Source: Thermodesulfovibrionales bacterium
GTDB taxonomy: Bacteria; Nitrospirota; Thermodesulfovibrionia; Thermodesulfovibrionales; SM23-35
Direction of reading: 5' to 3'
NCBI GenBank assembly: GCA_963715195.1
Contig: CAVQRT010000006.1
Location: 1 to 64,000 of the forward strand
Length of the DNA stretch: 64,000 nt
Of the stretch, positions 58,357-64,000 are shown piece by piece. Numbering within the stretch: position 1 is the stretch's first letter; each line of letters starts with the position of its first letter. Below the pieces are notes generated by a model that saw nothing but the letters and a program-made list of their open reading frames with translations, was not told the origin of the DNA and did not search any database. Both the position numbers and the translations under genes were made by a program.

Positions 58357-58914
58357 CTATTTTCTGAATCTCACAAACAGATAGAATCCTATAAGAAAGG
58401 GTTCGAACCGGATAACCATGTTGTCGGTAAACCCCCAGAAAAATTCATAGATAAAGATGCGCAATTGACTGACTGTCTCAAGTTTCATCTTCATGAGAAC
58501 AGTTGTCAGTTCCTTGAGTTCAAAAGTCACAATGAAGAGCAAGTGGACAATGAGCAGTAATATGACTGCTTCACCGTAAGCTCTCAACCTTTTTCGGATG
58601 AACAAGAAGAGGGAAGACATAATAGCCAGCGTCAGGGGACTATTGAATGTATAGGTATTTGTCCTGACCGGAATATCTATAAGGACATCACGGTTGATTC
58701 TGTAAGGGGTAAATGTTACCTGGACACGCTCGTCGTTCTGATCAACCGCATCAATTTCCAGGTCTTTCAGCCCGGCAATGATTTTGGATGCAGTCATCGT
58801 CATTCCGTACCCGTAATAATCCTTTACCTGTATCCAGAGAATGAGAAAAATACAATAGGACAAAATGAAGATGATAACGGTCTTCAGAATGAGATTAAGC
58901 GGCAGCTTTGGCAT
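58357..58914 (-). CDS. Exosortase H-associated membrane protein
   Basis: Multi-TM ORF overlapping the 3' end of the exosortase gene. Confidence 0.65.
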   Translation of the reverse strand: MPKLPLNLILKTVIIFILSYCIFLILWIQVKDYYGYGMTMTASKIIAGLKDLEIDAVDQNDERVQVTFTPYRINRDVLIDIPVRTNTYTFNSPLTLAIMSSLFLFIRKRLRAYGEAVILLLIVHLLFIVTFELKELTTVLMKMKLETVSQLRIFIYEFFWGFTDNMVIRFEPFLIGFYLFVRFRK

Positions 58915-59449
58915 CGGTTTTTGTAAAAGCCAAATAGAGGAAGAATGTTCCGAGAGCGATTGCTATCATGATACCCTGTGCAACATAGATATGAATGTAA
59001 TGAAAGATGCTCTCAAAGTGAACTCCGGCATAGGCCAATCCTACGATTCTTGCAATGTTGATTACCTGAATGATCAGAAACCCTGTCACGATGCCATAGA
59101 CCTTTCTTTTCCACGTCGCAGGAAATGCAAGGACGGCGACTGAATATATCATGACGGCTTCGAGGCCATTGCATCCGAAACGTACGTCGAGGGAAATGGA
59201 CGGGAGATGTATGATTGAGCCAGTGCATGAAGCTGTGATGTGAAGTGCGCTAAGAATCTTTGCGGTTATCAGGACCACCCCTCTGGTATACAAGCCGTTC
59301 ACATCAATAATTCTCTGTAACGGCGTAAAACCGATAATGAAAAAGAAGCCAGCCATCAGTATGAGATACGTGATGATGAAGCGCCTCACGCTTACCTTCT
59401 GGATATCGTCAGGTTTGGATTGCCTGCTTTTAGTACTCTTTTTCTTCAT
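58895..59449 (-). CDS. xrtH: Exosortase H (IPTL-CTERM specific)
   Basis: Catalytic triad context FGCNGLEA (Cys), INIAR (Arg), HIYVAQ (His); adjacent to an IPTL-CTERM protein. Confidence 0.82.
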   Translation of the reverse strand: MKKKSTKSRQSKPDDIQKVSVRRFIITYLILMAGFFFIIGFTPLQRIIDVNGLYTRGVVLITAKILSALHITASCTGSIIHLPSISLDVRFGCNGLEAVMIYSVAVLAFPATWKRKVYGIVTGFLIIQVINIARIVGLAYAGVHFESIFHYIHIYVAQGIMIAIALGTFFLYLAFTKTDAKAAA

Positions 59450-59492
59450 ATGCTGATTAGATAATTAGTGTCTGTTTATTAAACCATTGTTC

Positions 59493-59563
59493 GTCGTCCT
59501 CCGGCTTGACCGGGGGATCCATGAGTTCAAGAATAAATTGGATTCCCGCCAAGCGGGAATGAC
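59493..59563. repeat. RPE/REP-like palindromic element, copy 4
   Basis: GTCGTCCTCCGGCTTGACCGGGGGATCC...GGATTCCCGCCAAGCGGGAATGAC. Confidence 0.75.
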
Positions 59564-59592
59564 AAGTATTGAAACCACGTTCATTATGAAAT

Positions 59593-59627
59593 AAAAGGGG
59601 CAGAGAAATATCTTCCTGCCCCCAAAA
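59593..59627 (-). terminator. Intrinsic terminator downstream of the surface-protein gene
   Basis: GGGGCAG/CTGCCCC stem followed by TTTT on the minus strand. Confidence 0.7.
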
Positions 59628-59645
59628 CAAATTCTGAATGATTAA

Positions 59646-62600
59646 TTAATTCCTGACACGTCTCCTTAGAAAATAGAGAGCAGCCAAGCCCTGCAGTAAT
59701 AAGAGTATTATCATTCCCCATTCATTCATCGTTGGTACTGCAGCAGCACCACGAGATCTCCTCCATACGGTCGGGTCTCCAGGAAGGAGAGGTACCGGGA
59801 TCATCCGTGCATGACGTATCTCCGCCCGGAATCTGAGCACAACCCTGGTTTTCTACCCTCGTCACCGAGGTGCTCATCGTAGTTCTGAATGTGATGACTA
59901 CTTCATTATTTGCCTGGGTTTCATTTAGCGCTCCAGGGTCTGCGGCGACTGTTCCTTCCCATATAATTCTGTTGTTCCCGCTATCAAAGGTACAGGATGA
60001 CGTTGATGAAGCGCCCCTTGGGTCACATACTAAGCTTCCACGACATAGCTCGTATTGTCGGGGATGTCATCGGTAATCATCACACCGACTGCATTAGCAT
60101 TGCCGTTATTGATCCATACCATCCTCCACACCAGTTCAGGATACCCATCGGCGTTGACGGTCTTTGACTCCTAGGTGGATCAAAGAGACGAGGGTTCGCC
60201 AGCTGTAACAGTCTCGGTGTCGGTCGGAGAGGTTACCACGCCGTTGGTAGCAGAGGCAATGTTTGTTACCGAACCGGCATCCAGATCAGCCTGCGTGATG
60301 GTGTAGCTCGATGTGCAGGTGATTGATGCACCGGGGGCAAGATTCGGAGTCACAGGACAGCTTTCGTTAGTTGTCTTGTTGTCATTTACCGTAAAGGGCC
60401 CACTCAGGGTGATATTACCACTGTTGGTGACAAGATAGCTGTAACTAATCAAGGTACCCACTGTGCTGTAGGTGGTCGGTGAAGCAGACTTAACGATCGT
60501 AAGAGCCGGTGATTGAACTGCAGTAACGGTCTCGGTGTCGGTCGGAGAGGTCACTGCGCCATTGGTTGCAGAAGCAATGTTGGTTACCGAACCGGTATTC
60601 AGATCAGCTTGGGTGATAGTATAGCTCGATGTGCAGGTGATGGATGCACCGGGGGCAAGAGATGCGTTGGAGGACAGCTTTCGTTGGTTGTCTTGTTGTC
60701 ACTTACCGAGAACGGACCGCTCAGGGTGACATTGCCACTATTAGTCACGATATAGCTGTAATTGATCACCGTTCCTACTGCGCTGTAGGTCGTCGGCGAG
60801 GCTGACTTGGCAATGCTAAGTGCAGGGTTCGGCTTGATAACTGTCACACTGTCCGTGTTTGATGTCACACCATCTGCAGATGCAGAAGCAGTATTTGTTA
60901 CAAAACCATCTGTCACATCCTGTGCCTGCACAGTATAAGTAGCCGAACAAGAAATGCTCTCGCCAGGGTCCAGATAATTGTCCAAATCGCCTACTGTGTT
61001 TACGTCCGGGCAGGTTTCATCAGCAGATTTATCGTCTGATACTGTAAGAGGCCCGAGCAGCGGATACCCGCCATTGTTTTCAACAACATAATTGTAGGTC
61101 AATAATTCACCAACAGCATTAAATTCGGTCGGATCGGCGCTTTTATCTAATGATAGGGATTTTGTTCCATACCTTGCCGATGAAGTAGACCGGGTTTGTG
61201 GATGCGCTGTCTGGCAGTTCCGTCGAAGTATTCATAAATGGGTTCGGTGTTGGAATCGAAGTTACTGACACAGGCCCGACAATACAAGCTGGCTGATGCA
61301 TCTATTGCAAGTGAAGAGGGCAGGAGAACAGCACGGGGTTGACGTCCGGATCAGTAGACGCTTATACTGCTTAGCGCTGTTTCACCGTCGTTTGAGACCG
61401 TAAATCTGTAATATATATCTCCGAGGCAGGCTTACACCAACAAATTTAAACCAGTTTGTGCCGTCAGTAGAAATTTGTTTATTTAACCCAAGGAGTGGTT
61501 GAGGATTGCTGACAACGAGAGTTGCAGTTGCTGCACTGCCGTCTCCGCCTTCCGAGGATGTAACAGCACTGAGGTTGTATTCTCCTATGAACCGACAGCT
61601 GAACCGGTTACTGTGACATTAAAGGTACACGAGGTATTTGCTGCAAGCGACCCACCTGAAAAAGAGATTGTACTTGGTGCTGTTGTTGTTAGTGACCCAC
61701 CACAGGTCGCTGTTGGTCCACTATTTGCGACAGTCAGACCTGCCGGCAACGTATCTGTGAAACCGATACCACTCAGTGATATTGTTTGATTGGGATTGGT
61801 AATCGAAAACGTCAACGTTGAAGTCTGGCCGACAAGAATCGATGCCGGGGAGAAAGATTTTGCGAGGTCAGGAGGTGCGATCACCGTCAAAGAATCAGTG
61901 GCATATCCGTTCGAGCTGTTATTGTTACCGCTCTCATTAGAGGAAATAAACCCACTGACGTTCTCGTATATACCTTCGATCGCTCCTGTCACCGTTATTT
62001 GGGTAAGCAACTGGCTCCGGCAGCGAGAGATCCGTCTGTTAGTGAAATTGTTCTTGTCGCGGCGGTTGTAGTCAGTGTACCTCCACACACAGGTGAAACA
62101 GTGGAGTCCGAAATTGACAGACCTGCGGCAAGAACATCGGTGAAAGCAATGCCGGTCAAAGCCTTGTTCCCGGGTTGAGTGTTACTGATGGTAAAAGAGA
62201 GCGTTGAATCTGAACCCTTTATAATCGGATTAGGAGAGAAGGATTTAATAATAGTCGGCGGTGGAGCAGGTATCGCACATCCCGTAAATGTAATTACGTC
62301 TAATTCAAGCCTGCACCGCTATTGTCATTCTTAGCGCCCGTAGCGGCAATCCGGAAAGTCGTTGTGCCTGTTGTGCTTGTCAATCCGGTAAAATCGATGC
62401 TCTCGGTGTCCAATCAGTGACAGCCGGCGGAGTTAGCGTTCCCGCAGGCAGCGTTACAAACCCCGATCCGTTGTCATACGAAACCGTCATAGTCGTGGGG
62501 CCGTTGGCAGGATCTGGCATTCTTCAGTTGAAAATCCATCCGAACATCGGTGTATGCTCGGGTGTCAACGGCAAATTGCACATAATTGCCTGTTTTGTAA

Positions 62601-64000
62601 CCATAAGGTCAGCCAGGAAGCAGTGTCATTTGATCCAATATTATCGATTGATGTATCTCGCGGGAAATTGTGCTGAAGCGGAGGCAGTGAAACCGGTATT
62701 ATTTGTTGTAGGACTTCCTGCCCCTCCGGTTCCTGTATCCGGCGGCGTTTGTAGCTCCGACGGGTACAGTCCAAATCACTAGTGTTTGACCCGGCGCACA
62801 GGCCGGAGCTGAGGAAGCTGTGAGCGTATCGCTCCCGGTATTGCCTGTATCCACTGATGTATTAATAAAAAGATTCCCGGTTGTATTGGGATAGGTTCCC
62901 TCGGGTGCCGTTACAGTCAGCGAGATTGTGCAAATGCTATTCGGAGCCAGCGTACCATTCGAAAAAGAAACCGATGTCTCTCCTCCGGTTGGTGCAGGTG
63001 AAAATGTTCCTGCACCGCAGCTGTTATAGGAAACTCCTGGCGTGCTATCAACCGCTAAACCGGCAGGGAAGGCGTCAATAAAATTGACACCGGCAATCGT
63101 TTCAGAAGTCGGGTTGTTAAGCTTAAAGGTCATGGTTGAAGTCCCACCCGGGGAAATTGCTTTCGGGCTGAATGATTTGCCGATTGTCACCGACGATGGC
63201 CCCAGGATATTTATAATGCGAGCGCCAACCCCGTAGTCAGCGTTGTAGTGGAAACTGCTTCCCGAGAAGTCATAGAGCAGGCTATTGAGGGTTTGGCTGG
63301 TGCCTGCACCGCTGAGTATTTTGACTATGTAAGTGGTGACAACATTGCTGCCGCCCGCTTTGCCGGTAAGAGGATCGACGCCGACACACGAGCGATAGTT
63401 CGGGCTGTCGGGATCGTTCTCCCAAAGGCATGCATCGGCATACAACTTGTCATTGGGATTTGAAACATAGCCGGAGCTGTCCGCAGAGTAGGTTGTGCTC
63501 ACAGAAAGAATCTGAAATATCGTATTGGGAAAATTGATAAAGGCTTCAAACTGTTCATATCCCTGGGTTGCAGTGCCACCGTAAAGTTTGATGGTATACG
63601 TATTGCCGACGATCAGTGTCATGGAACCGCCGGCCGGGACATGACACTCCATTGAGCTGTATGTCGGATACTGAGTTGCGGTTCTGAGATATCAGGTGTT
63701 CTACGTACAACTCACGCGGCTGGGGAGAGGATCCCGTTGCGCCGGACACCGAGTCGGTGGCAGTGATATGGTAGCGACGGGTGTTGTCAAAAGCAGCTGC
63801 AACTTTTGTAACTTCAACCTCAAAATACGCATCGGAACAGCTACTGGCCGCAAGAGAGCCGATGGTAATTGATGATAGTGAGCCAGCACGCAGATTAATG
63901 TAATCGTCAGCGTTGACATCACCAACAAACACGCCTTGTCCATCATCCCAAAGAAAAGCGGCAGTTACATTGTTGGCATCCGTAGTTCCTGTGTTACAAA
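59646..64000 (-). CDS. Large Thr/Ser-rich surface protein with DUF11-like Ig repeats and IPTL-CTERM sorting signal; broken by many frameshifts; 5' end outside the window
   Basis: Fragments KSFSP..STLTFSITNPN..FTDTLPAGL and KSASPTTYS..YSYLVTNSGN; C-terminus AVPTMNEWGMIILLLLQGLAALYFLRRR. Confidence 0.8.
60205..60835 (-). repeat. Tandem ~318-bp intragenic domain duplication
   Basis: GTCTCGGTGTCGGTCGGAGAGGT at 60211 and 60529; near-identical translated units. Confidence 0.85.

Overview
64 kb of chromosome from an anaerobic bacterium; the gene content suggests Nitrospirota (Thermodesulfovibrionia-like) or a deltaproteobacterial relative, which is an inference. Housekeeping genes include dapB, yacG, uvrA, tRNA-Asp, tRNA-Val, rpsU, scpA, htpX, ccsA/resB, guaBA, ispA-dxs-tlyA and a MidA-type methyltransferase. 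Main blocks: (i) a Wood-Ljungdahl carbonyl-branch operon acsE-acsD-acsC-acsB-cooS that runs directly into a four-gene NuoE/F/G (HydCBA-like) module with no recognisable catalytic centre of its own, whose flavoprotein has bifurcation-type motifs and a fused CBS pair; (ii) a LysR-controlled TonB-dependent receptor + repeat lipoprotein + TonB + two TupA + TupBC cluster, a candidate outer-membrane tungstate/molybdate uptake system in which one TupA has no signal peptide; (iii) a reductase-Spt-GNAT cluster matching bacterial ceramide synthesis; (iv) two probable selenoproteins that the ORF track truncates at in-frame TGA (DUF1573 S-U-G-C; thioredoxin-like S-U-R beside an ArsR/ArsP operon); (v) a decarboxylase with two aminopropyltransferases; (vi) exosortase H with a large, frameshift-riddled IPTL-CTERM surface protein. 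Non-coding signals: a phased 11-bp repeat promoter with a candidate anti-SD sRNA, four RPE/REP-like palindromes, 7- and 8-mer hairpin repeats (one inserted in frame in ispA), an ATT/ATC-initiated rpsU and several apparently leaderless genes. All calls come from motif recognition by eye; no searches were run.
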